A DNA stretch of 64,000 nucleotides from Anaeramoeba ignava BMAN. Lineage: Eukaryota > Protista > Anaeramoebae. Every line of letters begins with the position of its first letter. Position 1 is the first letter of the stretch. The notes under the pieces were generated by a model. That model was not told the DNA's origin and ran no database searches. It worked only from the letters and a program-made list of their open reading frames with translations. A program made the position numbers and the translations under genes. The stretch spans positions 496,001-560,000 of the forward strand of contig JAPDFW010000081.1 in NCBI GenBank assembly GCA_028826165.1, in the 5' to 3' direction. Shown here one piece after another: positions 47,827 through 61,956 of the stretch.

Positions 47827-50800
47827 ATGGAAAATAAATCATTTACTTGCCCAATTTGTTTTGAAGAATATTCACAAGAAAGAAAACCAATGATTGTTTG
47901 TGTAGAAGGTCATACAATTTGTGAACTATGTTTAAAGAATATGAAAGAATGTCCATTTTGCAGATCTTCATTAACAAAATTTAAACCAATTCGAAATCGT
48001 ATTTTATTAGAGATTATTGAACAAATGAAAGAACAAAAAAAAGTAGCAAATGTTCCAATTATTCCTTTATCTGAATTAAAAATTGAACCAAAACCTTTTG
48101 CTTATGGTAGTTCAGCTGATATTTACAAGGCGAAATGGGGAACAAATTTAGTTGTTTTAAAGAAATTAAGAATTGAAACTGATCAAAAATTAAAAAATCA
48201 ATTTGAAAATGAACTTCAAGTTGCTATTAAATTAATTCATCCAAATATAATCAGAATTTATGGAATGTTTGAATCAAATTTTGAATTTGGAATATTAATG
48301 GAATATGCTGAACAAGGAAATTTAGAACAAAAAATTCCAAATTTAACATTTCAAGAACAAATTGATTATTCTTTAAAAATTATTGATGGAATAAAATATT
48401 TACATTTAAATTCAATTATTCATCGTGATTTAAAACCTCGAAATATTCTCATTTCAAATAATAAACCAAAAATTACAGATTTTGGACTTTCTAAAACTTA
48501 TGAACATACAATAAAGAATACAACACTTGCAGTTTCATTTGGTTATTCAGCTCCAGAACTTTTTCAACAAGGAAATAATTATGATTCTTCTTGTGATATT
48601 TTCAGTTTATCAATGATTTTATTTCAAATTTTCTCAAAGAAACAACCTTTTGGAAATGAAAATCCAATGATGGTTGGTATGAAAATGATACAAGGAATAA
48701 GACCAGAATTTCCAAATGATTTTCCTAAAGAATTAATTGAAGTAATTAAAAAAGGATGGAATCAAAATCCAAAAGAAAGATGTTCATTAAATGAATTTAT
48801 TCAATGTTTAGAAAAAATCAAAATTGAAAGTAATTTTATTATATTTAATTTTAATTTTAATTTTTCAAATAATAATAATAATAATAATATTATAAAAAAT
48901 TTATACAATTATTCAAACTAAAATAAATTCTAATCATTGATCCAAAAATAGAAAATGAAAATTCATTTCAATTTCAACAATTTCCACCATTCCAAAACCA
49001 ATTTCAAATCCAAAATCAAAATCAAAATCAAAATCAAAATCAAATTAAAATTCAAAATCAAAATCAAAATCAAAATCAAATTAAAATCAAAATCAAAATC
49101 AAAATCAAATTCAAAATCAAAATCAAAATCAAAATGAAAATCAAAATCAAAATCAAAATCAAAATCAAAATCAAATCAAATTCAAAATCAAAAATCAAAA
49201 TTGAAAATCAAATTCAAAATCAAAATCAAAATCAAAATCAAAATCAAAATCAAAATCAATTTCAAATTCAAAATCAAAATCAAAATCAAAATCAAAATGA
49301 AAATCAAAATCAAAATCAAAATGAAATCCAAAATGAAAATCAAAATCAAAATCAAAATCAAAATCAAAATCAAAATCAAAATCAAAATCAATTTCAAAAT
49401 CAATTTCAAAATCAATTTCAAAATCAAAATCAATTTCAAATTCAATATCAAATTCAAAATGAAATTCAAATTCAAAATCAAAATCAAATTCAAAATCAAA
49501 ATCAAAATCAAATTCAAATTGAAAATCAATTTCAAAATCAAAATCAAATTAAAATTCAAATTGAAAATCAAAATCAAATTGAAAATCAAAATCAAAATTA
49601 AAATTCAAAATCAAAATCAAAATCAAAATCAAAATCAAAATCAAAATCAAAATGAAAATCAAAATCAAAATCAAATTCAAATTGAAAATCAAAATCAATA
49701 TAAAAATCAAATTCAAAATCAAATTCAAAATCAAAATCAAAATCAAAATCAATTTCAAATTGAAAATCAAAATCAAAATCAAAATCAAATTAAAATTCAA
49801 AATCAAAATCAAAATCAAAATCAATTTCAATTTCAATTTCAACAATATTCACAAAATCAAAATCAATTTCAACAATATTCACAAAATCAAAATCAATTTG
49901 CACAAAATCCATATTATGAAGAATTAAAACAAATTTCTGAAGATAAACAAAATGAAAAAGAAAATAATCAAATCATTTCATCAATAAATCAAAGAATGAA
50001 TTATTTTGAAAAACTTAGGTATTCAATTCAACAAAATGATAAAGGTAAATAATATCAATTTATAAATAATTTTTTTTTGAAATCTCAAATTCAAAAAAAA
50101 AAAAAAAAAGAGAAATTAATATAATTCTTTTTGAAATAATTTTATTATTTGGAAAACAAAATCCAAAAAAAAGATCCAAGAAAAGAAGTAATTCAATTTG
50201 ATCTTTCTTTTATTTTTGAATATATGGATAATTTCCCTTCAGATCATTTTATTCAAGAAAGTTGTTGTTTGGCTTTAAGAAAATATACAGAGATTGAAAA
50301 AAGTAAATTGCTTAATTGATTGATTGATTGGTTGATTTATTAATTGATTTATTTTCTTTTCTTTTATTTTTATTATTATTATTATTACAAAAAAAAACAA
50401 AAATTTAATAGAAATTCCACTTAATTTTCAAAATTTAAATCCATTTGATTTAATTATAAAAGCAATGTTTAATTTTCCTTTTACAAAATATCTTCAACTT
50501 CAATGTTTGTTAATTTTTATTAATATTGGGAAAGAAAAAAGTAAAATAATTTTCAAAATTCCAAATTCCAAATTCAAAATTCCAAAAAAAAATTTTTTTT
50601 CTTCAATTTATTCCAAAAATATTTTTATTTTGAAAAAAAAAAAAGAAAAAGAAAAAGAAATTAACAAAGAAATTGTATTTGAAGCAATTCTTTCTTCAAT
50701 GATTAATTTTTATGAATATAAACAAATTATGGATAAAGGAACTGAAGCTTTAGAAGCTTTAGGAATGAAGAAAAAAGGTATTTCTTTTTTTTTCTACTTA

Positions 50801-53800
50801 AAATTAATTAATTAAAATTCCTAAATTGTTTATTTTCTTTTTAATTTTAAATTTCCAAAAACGAAAAAAAAAACACAAAGAAATTATGAAAAAATTTAAA
50901 GCAAAAAAAAGTAAATTATTATTTCCAAAAAAAAAAATCAAAACAATAAATCCTTTTTTTTTCTTATTTTCTTATTAATTTCCCTTTTTTTTTTTAATTA
51001 AAATAATTTTATTAGAAATTGAAGATAAAAAAGATGAAAAATTATTTGAGTTATTAAAAAAACAATATCAAAATTCTAAACATGTAAAAAACAAAAAAAA
51101 CAAAAACAACAAAAACAAAAATTTATTTATTTCATCAATTTTTTATTTGATTTATTATTTTTGATTATTTATTTTTTTGATTAGGGAAAAAAAGTTTGAT
51201 TTCTTTAATTATCTTCTTTAATTCTTTTTTTTTCAAACAAAATCTAATTTATTTAATCAATTTAAAAAATAATATTTCTTTTTCTTTTCTTTTCTTTTCT
51301 TTTTGGAATTAGGATTCTTTGTTTCATTTTTTTTCTAAAAGAGAACCTATTGATTTTCGTATTTTGAAAATTTTATTCAAAAAAGGATTTGATTCAACAA
51401 AACAAGATGTTTTTATTTAATTAATTTTAAATTCAAAATTATTATTAAATTATTTTTAAATTATTATTAATTATTTTTTTCATTCAATCAAAAAAATTTT
51501 AAAAAATAGGATGTAATAATTAAATCAATTTCTCAAAAAACAACACAATTTTATTCAAACATCTTTTTTTCAATTTATTTACTAAAATTAAAATTCAAAA
51601 TTAAAATTCAAAAATAAATTATTATTATAATTATAAAAAAAAGGATGTAAAAAAAGAAAAAACAAAAAATACAAAATAATCAATCAAATCTATTTATATC
51701 TATTTTTAATATTTTTTTTAGAATGTAAATTTTTTTTGAATCTAAATATAAATATAAAAATAATATAAAATTCTAAATCTAAATAAATCTAAAATTCTAA
51801 ATCTAAATCTAAATCTAAATATAAATATAAATCTAAATCTAAAATCAAATCTAAATCTAAATCTAAATCTAAATCTAAATATAAATCTAAATCTAAATCT
51901 AAATCTAAATCTAAATCTAAATAAATAAATCTAAATCTAAATATAAATCTAAATATAAATATAAATATAAATATAAATCTAAATCTAAATATAAATATAA
52001 ATATAAATATAAATCTAAATATAAATATAAATATAAATCTAAATATAAATATAAATCTAAATATAAATATAAATATAAATCTAAATATAAATATAAATAT
52101 AAATATAAATATAAATATAAATCTAAATCTAAATCTAAATATAAATCTAAATCTAAATCTAAATCTAAATCAAATTCAAAATATAAAAGAATACACCAAT
52201 TCATTATTTATGCAGAAACAAAACAATTACTTTGGATATGATTAAATATTTCATTGGAAAAGGATCTAATTTCAATTTGGAAGGAGTAAAATTTTTATTA
52301 TTATTATTCTCTTCTTTATTAATTCTTTTAATTCCTCATTTTTGTTTTTGTTTTTGGATGGGAAAAAGAAATCAAAAAAAAAAAGAAATATAAAATAATA
52401 TAAAATAAATTGAGAAATGAAAAGAAAAGGAATTAAAATAAATTAAATAATATTGATATTTTTATTATTATTTCATATTTTATTCATTTTCTAAATAAAT
52501 TAATTAATAAATAAATAAATTTAATTATAAAATGAATAGAAAGTAAACAACAAAACAAAAACAAAATAATAATAATATTAATATTAATATTAAAATTAAA
52601 ATAATATAATAAAGGATGTAAATCAAAATTTTGATTTATTATTATTCAAAAAAATAAAATTATAAATTGAAAAAATTGAAAAAGGGAGTAAAACAAATTA
52701 TTCAAAAAATTAATCAAAAAATTAATCAAAATATTAATAATAAAACAAAACAAAATAAAAAGTTCACACCATTAGTTTATCTATGTTTAAATAGTTCAAT
52801 AACAAGAGATATTATTCGATTTTTGATTACAAAACATGAATATTTTAAAAAAGTAAACAATTTTCAATTAATTATTTCATTCATTTAGAATTGAATAATT
52901 TTTTTTGAAGAATAAATTTCAGATAAATTATCATTTTAAATAAATAAATAAATAAATGAATAAATAAATAAATTAATTTATGAAATAAGAAATGAAGTTA
53001 AATAATAATATTGATATTTTTATTATTATTTCATAATTTATTCATTTTCTAAATAAATTATTAACAAAAATAATAATAATAAATAAATAAATTTAATTAT
53101 AAAATAAATAGGGAGTAATAAAAATCAAAAACAAAAAAAGAATAATTCTGAAAATATTTAATAATAATATTAATAATAATAATAAAAATAAAAAAGGAAG
53201 TAAATAAAATTTTGATTTATTATTATTCAAAAAATAAAATTATAAATTGAAAAAATTGAAAAAGGGAGTAAAAAAATTAATCAAAAATTAATCAAAAAAT
53301 TTATATTAATAAGTAAACAAAATAAACAGATAAAACCATTAACTTATTTATGTTTCAATAAATCAATAACAAAAGATATTATTCCACTTTTAACAAAAAA
53401 AGAAGCAAATTTAAAAGAAGTAAATAATTTCCCAATTAATTAATTTTTATTTATTTAGAATTGAATACTTTTTTTTGAAGATTAAATTTCACATAAATAT
53501 CATTTTAAATAAATAAATAAATCAATAAATCAATTTATGAAATAAGAAATGAAGTTGAATAATAATATTGATATTTTTGTTATTATTATTATTATTATTT
53601 TTTCATAATTTATTCATTTTCTAAATAAATTATTAACAAAAAAAATAATAAATAAATTTAATTATAAAATAAATAGGGAGTAATAAAAAAGAATAATTCT
53701 AAAAAGATTTATTAATAATAATAAAAATAAAAAAGGAAGTAAATTAAATTTTAATTTATTATTGATTAATTGATATTAATTATAAATTGAAAAAGGAAGT

Positions 53801-56800
53801 AAAAAAATTAATCAAAAATTCACAATCCAAAATTTAATCAAAAAATATTTTAAATAATAAAACAAAATAAACAGATAACACCATTAGATTATTTATTTTC
53901 TCAAAAACCACTTCCAAGAAATGTTATTGAATTTTTTATTAAAAAAGGTCTGAATTTGATTTCTGAAGATGTAAATTTTGTTTTTCTTTTGTTTATTGAT
54001 TTAATTCATTTATTTATTCATAAAACAAAATTTAAATAAATAATTAATTAATTAAAGAAAGTAAAAAATATCAATAAAACAATTTATTTCAGTTTCAAAT
54101 TCAAATTCCAAAATAAAAATTATTATTATAAAAAAAGGATGTAAAAAACAAAAGAAAAAATTCAAAATAATTAATTATTTAAATTTATTTAAATCTATTT
54201 AATATTTTTTTGGATTTCTTTTTTTAGAAAGTAAATTTTTCTTTTGAAAATAAAAATAATTTTAAATTTAATTCTAAATCTAATTCAAAATATAAAAGAA
54301 TACACCAATTCATTATTTATTCAAAAATGGAACAATTACTTTGGATATGATTAAATACTTTATTAGAAAAGGATATAATTTAAATATGGAAGCAGTAAAA
54401 AATTTAATTATTATTAATTATTATTCTTTATTAAAATAATCTTAAAACAAATTGAGAAATGAAATGAAAATATCAATTGATATTTTTTATTATTATTTTT
54501 TCATAATTTATTCATTTTCTAAATAAATAAATAAATAATAAAATAATTTAATTATAAAATAAATAGAAAGTAAATAACATAAAGATAATAATTAATAATA
54601 ATTAATAATTAATAATTATAATAAAGGATGTAAATTAAAATTTTGATTAATTAATATTAATTAATATTCAAAAAAATTAAAAAGGGAGTAAAAAAGAAAT
54701 TAATCAAAAAATTTAGAATTCAAAAAAATTAATCAAAAAATTTATATTAATTATAATCAATAAAATAAATAGTTAACACCATTAACTTATTTATGTTTAA
54801 ATAAATCAATAACAAAAGATATTATTCAATTTATGATTTCAAGTGGATTCAGTTTCAATCTTCAAGATGTAAATTCCTTTTTTTTTTTTTTGAAAAATTG
54901 AGAAATAAAGAAATAATAATAAAAAGGAAACAATTAATTTTATAAATCTAAATCTAAATCTAAAAAAAATGATTGATTGATTATTTTTGTTTAACTTATT
55001 AATTTAATAGAAAGTATAAAATGAAAAATTAAATTAAATTTCTTTCTCTATTAATAATATTTTGTTTTTTTATTTCATTAATTTTTAAATAGTATGTAAA
55101 AACAAAAGAATCAAATTTTCAAAATTATTTATCAATTTTACTTTTTCATTTTATTAAAAATAAATAATTTAGAAAGTAATAAATAAATAATTTAATAAAT
55201 ATTCAATAAATCATTTATCAAAAAAAAATTTAAATAAATTTTTTCAAAAGGATTCTCTTGTTCATTATTTATGTAGAAATCAATCAATTACATTTGAAAT
55301 TATTCAATTATTAACATCTATTGGAGCAAATTTTAATTTAAATGGAGTAATTGATTAATTAATTAATTAATTTTGATAATTTATTTAAATTTAATTCATT
55401 TCTTAAAAAAATTTTGTTTTTCAAAATAAAAATAGACAGTAAATAATTAATTAAATTAATTTTGGAATTTTATTCATCTATTTTTTTTATTTGGAAATTT
55501 ATTATTATTATTTTTAAAATAATATTTAAATAGGGAGGAGTAAAAATAAAAATAAATAATATTCTTAATAAATTTCATAAATTATTTTTTATTTAATTTA
55601 AATTTAATTTATAAAAAAATTTATAATTTTATTACATCTTTTTTCATTCCCAAATTTAGAAAGTAATAAATTTTTGTTTAAAAAATTATTCATCTTCAAA
55701 ATCAATCAATATCTTTCTTTAATTTTTTAAATAATATTTAGTTTGTAATTCCTTTTAAAAATAAAAAAGAAAACAACAAAAAAACAAAACATTAAAAAAA
55801 ATCTTTTTTTTATTTTTGGATTTGATTTAGGATGTAAATTTTAAGAAAAAGAAATTAATTAATTTTTGTTTATTTTATATTTGATAATCAAAAATAAAAT
55901 TAAGAAATTATTTGATTTGTGAATTGTATTAAATTGATAAAAAAAACATATTCAAAATAGATTGTAATAATAATAATATTATTATCATAAAATTTTTTTA
56001 TATATTTTTCTAATTTGAAAAAATAAAAATAAAAATAAAAATCAAATTAAATTATTAAAAAATGAAAATAAAATAATTGGAATAAAATAGGAAGTAAAAA
56101 ATAAAATTATTTAATTCTATTAAATTAACATTTATTAAATTAAAATAAAATAAAATAAAAGAATGTAAAACAAAAAAAAAAAAATAAATAAATTTACAAA
56201 TTTAAATTAATTTTTTATTTTTAATAATAATAATAAAAAGTGGACTCCTTTACATGATTTATGTAGAAATGAATCAATTACAAAAGAAATAATTGAATTA
56301 TTATGCAATATGAAAGGTGATTTCAATATTCAATATGTAATTGTTTTTTTTTTCAAAATAAAATTAATAAAATTTTTATTTCTATTTTCATTCTTATTCA
56401 TCTCTATTTATTTTAAATAGTTACTTGTAAATTTTATTCAAATTTTATTTAAATCTAATATTTAATAAATAATAATTTAAATTATTTTAATAGGATGTAA
56501 CTTAAATGAAAAGAATTAAATCAAAAAAAAATCAAAATTTTATTTTAAGAAAAATAATCTAAACTAAATTCATTTCCAATTTAAAAAATTTAGAATGTAA
56601 ATTAAATGAAAAAGAAATCATAATTAAAAATTGAATTTTTGAAATATTTTATTTTTGGAAATAAATAGAAAGTATTCTTTTTTTTTCATCTTTTTTTTTT
56701 AATAATCCAAAAAAAATAATTTATTAAATCAAATTTGTTAAATAGAAAGTAAAAAATTTTCCAATTCCAATTTTTATCAAAAAAATTTATTTGTTTTTAT

Positions 56801-57812
56801 TTTTGTTTTTATTTTGGAAAATGAAAATAAATAGTGGGTAAAAACAAATTCCAAAAAAAAAATAATTTTTCTAAATTAATCATCTCTTTTCTATTTTTTT
56901 TTTGTTAGCAATCTCCATTACATTTATTATGCCAAAACAATTCAATTACAAGTGAAATGATTAGAATTCTAATTTATAATGATGCTAATTTCAATTTAGA
57001 ACAAGTATTAATTAAATCCAAATCCAAATTCAAAATTATTTAAAAAAATTCTCACTTTTTTATTCACTTTTTTTTAATTATAAAATAATTAAATAAGATT
57101 GTAAATCTTTTAATAAAATTTGAATTTAATAATATTTTTTTTATTAAATTTCAAAATTATTATTAAAAATAAAATCAAAAATTAGGGAGTAAATAAATTA
57201 AAAAAAAAGAAAAGTAATAATATTTACAAATAATTTTCATTTTCAAAATTAATCAATAAATTAATCAATAAATTAAATAGGGAGTAAATAAATCATTAAT
57301 AATAATATTTAAATTTATATTTATATTAAAAACTTATTCTTTAATTTTATTGTTTTTGATTATTTTAAAAAGAAAGTAAATAAATAAATAAATAAATAAA
57401 ATTTGGAATAAAAAATCAAAAAAATAAATCAATTTAATTAATGAATTAATAAATAGAAAGTAAAAAAAAACATAAATTTGATAAGATAATTAAATTAAAT
57501 TAAATTAATGCTTTTTTTTTGGAAATAAAAAAAAGGGAGTAAAACAAAACAAAACAAAACATAATCATAAACAGAAAATTAAAATTAAATTTGTAAATTA
57601 AATAATTTTTTTTTGGAATCTTTTCAAAATAAAACAAAATAAAATAATAGTGGACTCCATTACATTATCTTTGTCAAAATCCATCAATTACAGATGAAAT
57701 GCTTCTTCTATTGAAAGAAACTAATGCTAATTTTGATTTAAAAGCTATTGATCAGTTGAGTGAAAAAACACCAAGAGATTTACTTCCACAAAATTATCAA
57801 GGATTGATTTAA
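47827..57812 (+). CDS. RING-kinase(TKL-like)-NQ-ARM-ankyrin protein, copy 2. Exons: 47827-48829, 48952-50044, 50174-50302, 50412-50540, ~50646-50777, 50881-50910, 51016-51083, then 11 ankyrin exons (51313-51408, 52190-52285, 52763-52852, 53330-53419, 53875-53970, 54299-54394, 54773-54868, 55251-55346, 56241-56336, 56909-57004, 57651-57812) joined by microexons
   Basis: Same exon lengths and phases as copy 1 (1003-nt exon 1, 129-nt ARM exons, 96/90-nt ankyrin exons, 162-nt last exon ending QGLI*). Confidence 0.88.
51185..57538 (+). other. Microexon arrays of copy 2: 39 x 3 nt, 2 x 6 nt, 1 x 9 nt
   Basis: AG|exon|GT starting at 51185(GGAAAAAAA); 51510 GAT,51644 GAT,51722 AAT; 52540 AAA,52615 GAT,52685 GGA; 53112 GGA,53197 GAA,53265 GGA; 53677 GGA,53736 GAA,53796 GAA; 54058 AAA,54138 GAT,54228 AAA; 54567 AAA,54627 GAT,54685 GGA; 55011 AAA,55093 TAT,55173 AAA; 55436 ACA,55534 GGAGGA,55660 AAA,55742 TTT,55831 GAT,55961 ATT,56091 GAA,56162 AAT; 56421 TTACTT,56494 GAT,56594 AAT,56669 AAA,56746 AAA,56835 TGG; 57098 ATT,57186 GGA,57281 GGA,57373 AAA,57457 AAA,57536 GGA. 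Confidence 0.85.
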
Positions 57813-57959
57813 TTTTTAATTTCCTTTTTTTTTCTTTTTTCCAAATTTCCTTTTTTTTAATTCAAGAAAAAAAATTCATTTTAAAAATATCCATTTTTTT
57901 GATTATTTTTCCTTTTTTCAAATTTAATTTTAATTTTGATTTTAATTTTAATTTTAATT

Positions 57960-59759
57960 TTAATTTTGATTATTAAATTTATTAATTAATAAATCAAATA
58001 AATTTGGATTTGTTTGATTTATTTGAAAATAATCAATTCCTGTTTCAAGTTCATTAATGATTTCTTGTGTAATTTGAATTTCATCTTTAATTTGATTTGA
58101 ATAAATCCAATATTCAAATATTTGAAATGATTTATTACTTAATTCACTATAATCTGTAACTTTATTGGATTTATCTTCAGTTACAGATAAAAACATTCCT
58201 CGATATAATTCACTTCTCATTATTAATATTAATTTTGGAAATTTATATTGTTTTTCTTTTCTTTCAATAATAAAATCTTTTTCATTTTCATTTAAATAAA
58301 TTCTTTTCATTGTTTCTTCAATTTTTTCATTTAAATTTATAATTTCTTTAATTTCGGAATATAATTTTGGATTTATTATTCTGTTTGAATAAATCATTTC
58401 AAATATTTGATTTGATTCTTTAATTGATTTTTTTGAAATAATTTCTTTGAAGTTTTTCAATTTCATTTTGATTTTGATTTAATCTATATTTCAATATTAA
58501 TTTATGAGCTTCAATTATTTCTTCATTTTTGGTTTTAAATGAAATATCACAAAATTCTTTTCTTTCAAATAATTTTATCAAATCTTCTTCAAGATTGGAA
58601 GAAAAGAAGGAGAATAATAAATAAATGATTTGTGGCCACCACAATAAACATGATAATTGAAAATATCTTCATTAAATCTTAATTTAGGAAATTCAATTTG
58701 AATTGGAATTAATTGAGATTTTGTATCTCCAGTTCCTAATTGACCATATTCATTAAGTCCAAATCCTATTAATTTTGAATTGGAAGTTAAAATCAAAGTA
58801 TGATCAAATCCAACTGAAAAATCAAGAATATTATTATCATTTTCAAATAAAGATGATTTCATTTCAGTAAATTCATAAGTATCTTCTTCTTTGTCAAGTC
58901 CATTATAGTGTTTACTTCCACATGAATAAAGTTTTCTTTTTGGATTTTGATTTTGATTTTCAATCAACATTATTGAATGAAAATATCCACATTGAATATC
59001 AATTATTTTATCTTTTGGAATATTTTGGATTTTGGTTAATTTATTGATTTTTATTTCTTTTCTTGATTCTCCTAATCCAAGTTGGCCAAATCTATTATTG
59101 CCACATCCAAATAATTCTTGATTTGAATTTAAAAGAAAAACGTTAATTGAAGAATTTCTTGAAAATATTTTAGAAACATTTTTCATCATTAAAATTGGTT
59201 TTTCTGTTTTATAAAATTTTGTAAAATCAAAACCAAGTTGACCATAATAATTATCACCAATTCCATAAGCATTTTGATTTGAAGTTAATAAGTAAATTGA
59301 ACGAGCTCCAGAAACAATATCTTGAATTATTCTATCATTTTTATCTTCAATTAATGATGAAATATTGATAAATTCATTTGGATTTTTTGGATTAATATCT
59401 TTTCCTTTGGCAAATACATTTCCTTCTATTGTTAAAATAGCTTCATCTGAGTAACCAATAGTTACTTTTTGAATATTTTCTTCAATTTGGATTTTTGAAG
59501 GTTTTTGATTTGAATCATTTTCTCTTAAATATTCTATTGCTTTTCCATTTTCAAAAAGGAAAATTGTTGAATAAAAACCTGATGAAATTTGTTTAATTTG
59601 TTTTTCATTTTCATTTTGATTTTCATTTTCATTTTGTTTTTCATTTTCATTTTCATTTTCAAATTCAAATTTAAATTGAATTGGTTTTGTTATTTTATTT
59701 GATTCATTTTTGAAAAGAATTGGTTTTTCATTTGAACCAAAAAATAAACAATCATTCAT
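57960..59759 (-). CDS. RCC1-repeat + tandem BTB/POZ domain protein (paralog of 2266-4066)
   Basis: Three overlapping ORFs give RCC1 repeats (GDNYYGQLG, GNNRFGQLG, GLNEYGQLG) then BTB; two frameshifts (~58600, ~58450) in homopolymer context. Confidence 0.85.
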
Positions 59760-59929
59760 TTTTAAAAAGAAAAAAATAAAAAATGAAAAAAAAAATAAAA
59801 AAAATTAAATTATTATTAAGTTTTAACAAAAATTAGTAAAAAATTCTTTATTTAAAAAAAAATTAAAATATTTTTATTTTTTTTTTAATTTCATTTTTTT
59901 TTTTGTTAAATTGTTTTTTTTTTTAAAAA

Positions 59930-61587
59930 ATGACACAGTTTGTTGTTCCACGCAACTTTAAACTTTTAGAAGAACTTGAAACAGGAGAAAAAGGCACAAC
60001 AGGGGATGTATCTTATGGTCTTGAGAGTACTGAAGATATTACTTTATCTTCTTGGAATGGTACAATTTTAGGGCCAGATAGAGTAATATTTTAAATCAGA
60101 TTTAAATATATTTATTTATAATTTATAAAACAATTTAAAATATATATATTTATAATTTATAAAACAATTTAAAATATATTTATAATTTATAAAACAATTT
60201 AAAATATATTTATTTATAATTTATAAAACAATTTTAAAATATATTTATAATTTATAAAACAATTTAAAATATATTTAAATATAATTTATAAAAAACAATT
60301 TAAAATATATTTATAATTTATAAAACAATTTAAAATATATTTATAATTTATAAAACAATTTTAAATATATTTATAATTTATAAAACAATTTAAAATATAT
60401 TTATTTATAATTTATAAAACAATTTAAAATATATTTATTTATAATTTATAAAACAATTTAAAATATATTTATAATTTATAAAACAATTTTAAATATATTT
60501 ATAATTTGTAAAACAATTTAAAATATATTTATTTATAATTTATAAAACAATTTAAAATATATTTATAATTTATAAAACAATTTTAAATTAAATTTTAAAT
60601 TTTAAATTTTAAATTTATTTAGACTGTTCATCAAGGAAGATTATATTCTCTTAAAATATATTGTGATGAAAATTATCCTCAAAAACCTCCTGCAGTTAGA
60701 TTTTACACAAAAATTAACATGTCATGTGTAAATTCAGATGGAACAGTAAGTTCAAATAGATCTATTTCTATTTTAATTTTAATTTTATAAATGAATTTTA
60801 ATTTTAATTTTAATTTTAATTTTAATATTAATTTTAATTTTAATTTTAATTTTAATTTTAATTTTAATTTTAATTTTAATTTTAATTTTAATTTTAATTT
60901 TAATTTTAATTTTAATTTTAATTTTATAAATGAATTTTAATTTGAATATCAAAATGAATTTTAATTTTAATTTTATAAATGAATTTTAATTTTAATTTTA
61001 ATTTTAATTTTAATTTTAATTTTAATTTTATTTTTAATTTTAATTTTAATTTTAATTTTAATTTTAATTTTAATTTTAATTTTAATTTTTAATTTTAATT
61101 TTAATTTTTAATTTTAATTTTATAAATGAATTTTAATTTTAATATTAAATTTAATTTTAATTTTATTTTTAATTTTAATTTTAATTTTAATTTTAATTTT
61201 AATTTTAATATTTAATTTTAATTTTAATTTTAATATTTAATTTTAATTTTAATTTTAATTTTAATTTTAATTTTAATTTTAATTTTAATTTTAATTTTAT
61301 AAATGAATTTTAATTTTATAAATGAATTTTAATTTTATAAATAAATTTTATAAATGAATTTTAATTTGAATATCAAAATGAATTTTAATTTTAATTTTAT
61401 AAATGAATTTTAATTTTATAAATGAATTTTATAAATATAGATTAATATTGCAAAATTCTCAATGCTTGGAAAAGGTTGGAAATCTGAATATTCAATTCAA
61501 AGAGTTCTTGAAGCACTTCACGCAGAGATGACAAGTTCAGAAAACAAAGGATTAAGACAACCTCCAGAAGGAGACACATATTATTAA
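59930..61587 (+). CDS. MMS2: Ubiquitin-conjugating enzyme E2 variant (UEV1/MMS2); exons 59930-60082, 60623-60745, 61441-61587; not in ORF track
   Basis: [35 protein letters not shown]|..[35 protein letters not shown]..|..[11 protein letters not shown]. Confidence 0.93.
60105..61435. repeat. Intronic satellites in the UEV gene: ~30-bp (ATATTTATAATTTATAAAACAATTTAAAAT)n in intron 1 and (AATTTT)n in intron 2
   Basis: Direct reading of tandem units. Confidence 0.85.
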
Positions 61588-61956
61588 CCAAAAATTTAAT
61601 TCAAACAACTTTTTTTTTCCAATTTTTTTCCGATTTTTTTCTCTATTTTGATTTTGATTTTGATTTTGATTTTGATTTCATTCCAAAAAAGTTTCTAATT
61701 TTTTTTTTTTCTTTCAAAAATAACTTGATTTTTTTTTTCATTTTCAAAACAAATTTAATTCCATAAAAACAAAAAAGCAAATTTCAAATGTTTTTTTTTT
61801 CAATTTTTCAATTTCAGAATTTGAAACAATTTCTGTTAAAAAAATACAAGAAATTGAAGAGAAAAAGGAAAGTTTATCTCAAATGATAATTGGAAAAAGA
61901 AAATAAATGAAAATTCACAAATCATTTTTTTCTTCATTTCCATTTTCATTTTATTC

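Larger units (their letters stand above)
37740..57925 (+). repeat. About 10-kb tandem segmental duplication (two units), with the short intergenic block present three times (~37740, ~47715, ~57855)
   Basis: Collinear similarity of exons and introns; a TTTAATTCAAGAAA..CATTTTAAAAATAT block recurs before copy 1, between the copies and after copy 2. Confidence 0.92.

Noticed and set aside
57205-57220. AG|AAAA|GTAAT in copy 2 loop 10
   Set aside because: 4 nt, only about 20 nt from the previous donor, and absent in copy 1.
37740-57925. The 10-kb duplication as an assembly artefact (haplotypes placed in tandem)
   Set aside because: The copies differ by many substitutions, intron indels and microexon content, more than sequencing error would give. 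Divergent alleles cannot be fully excluded without spanning reads.
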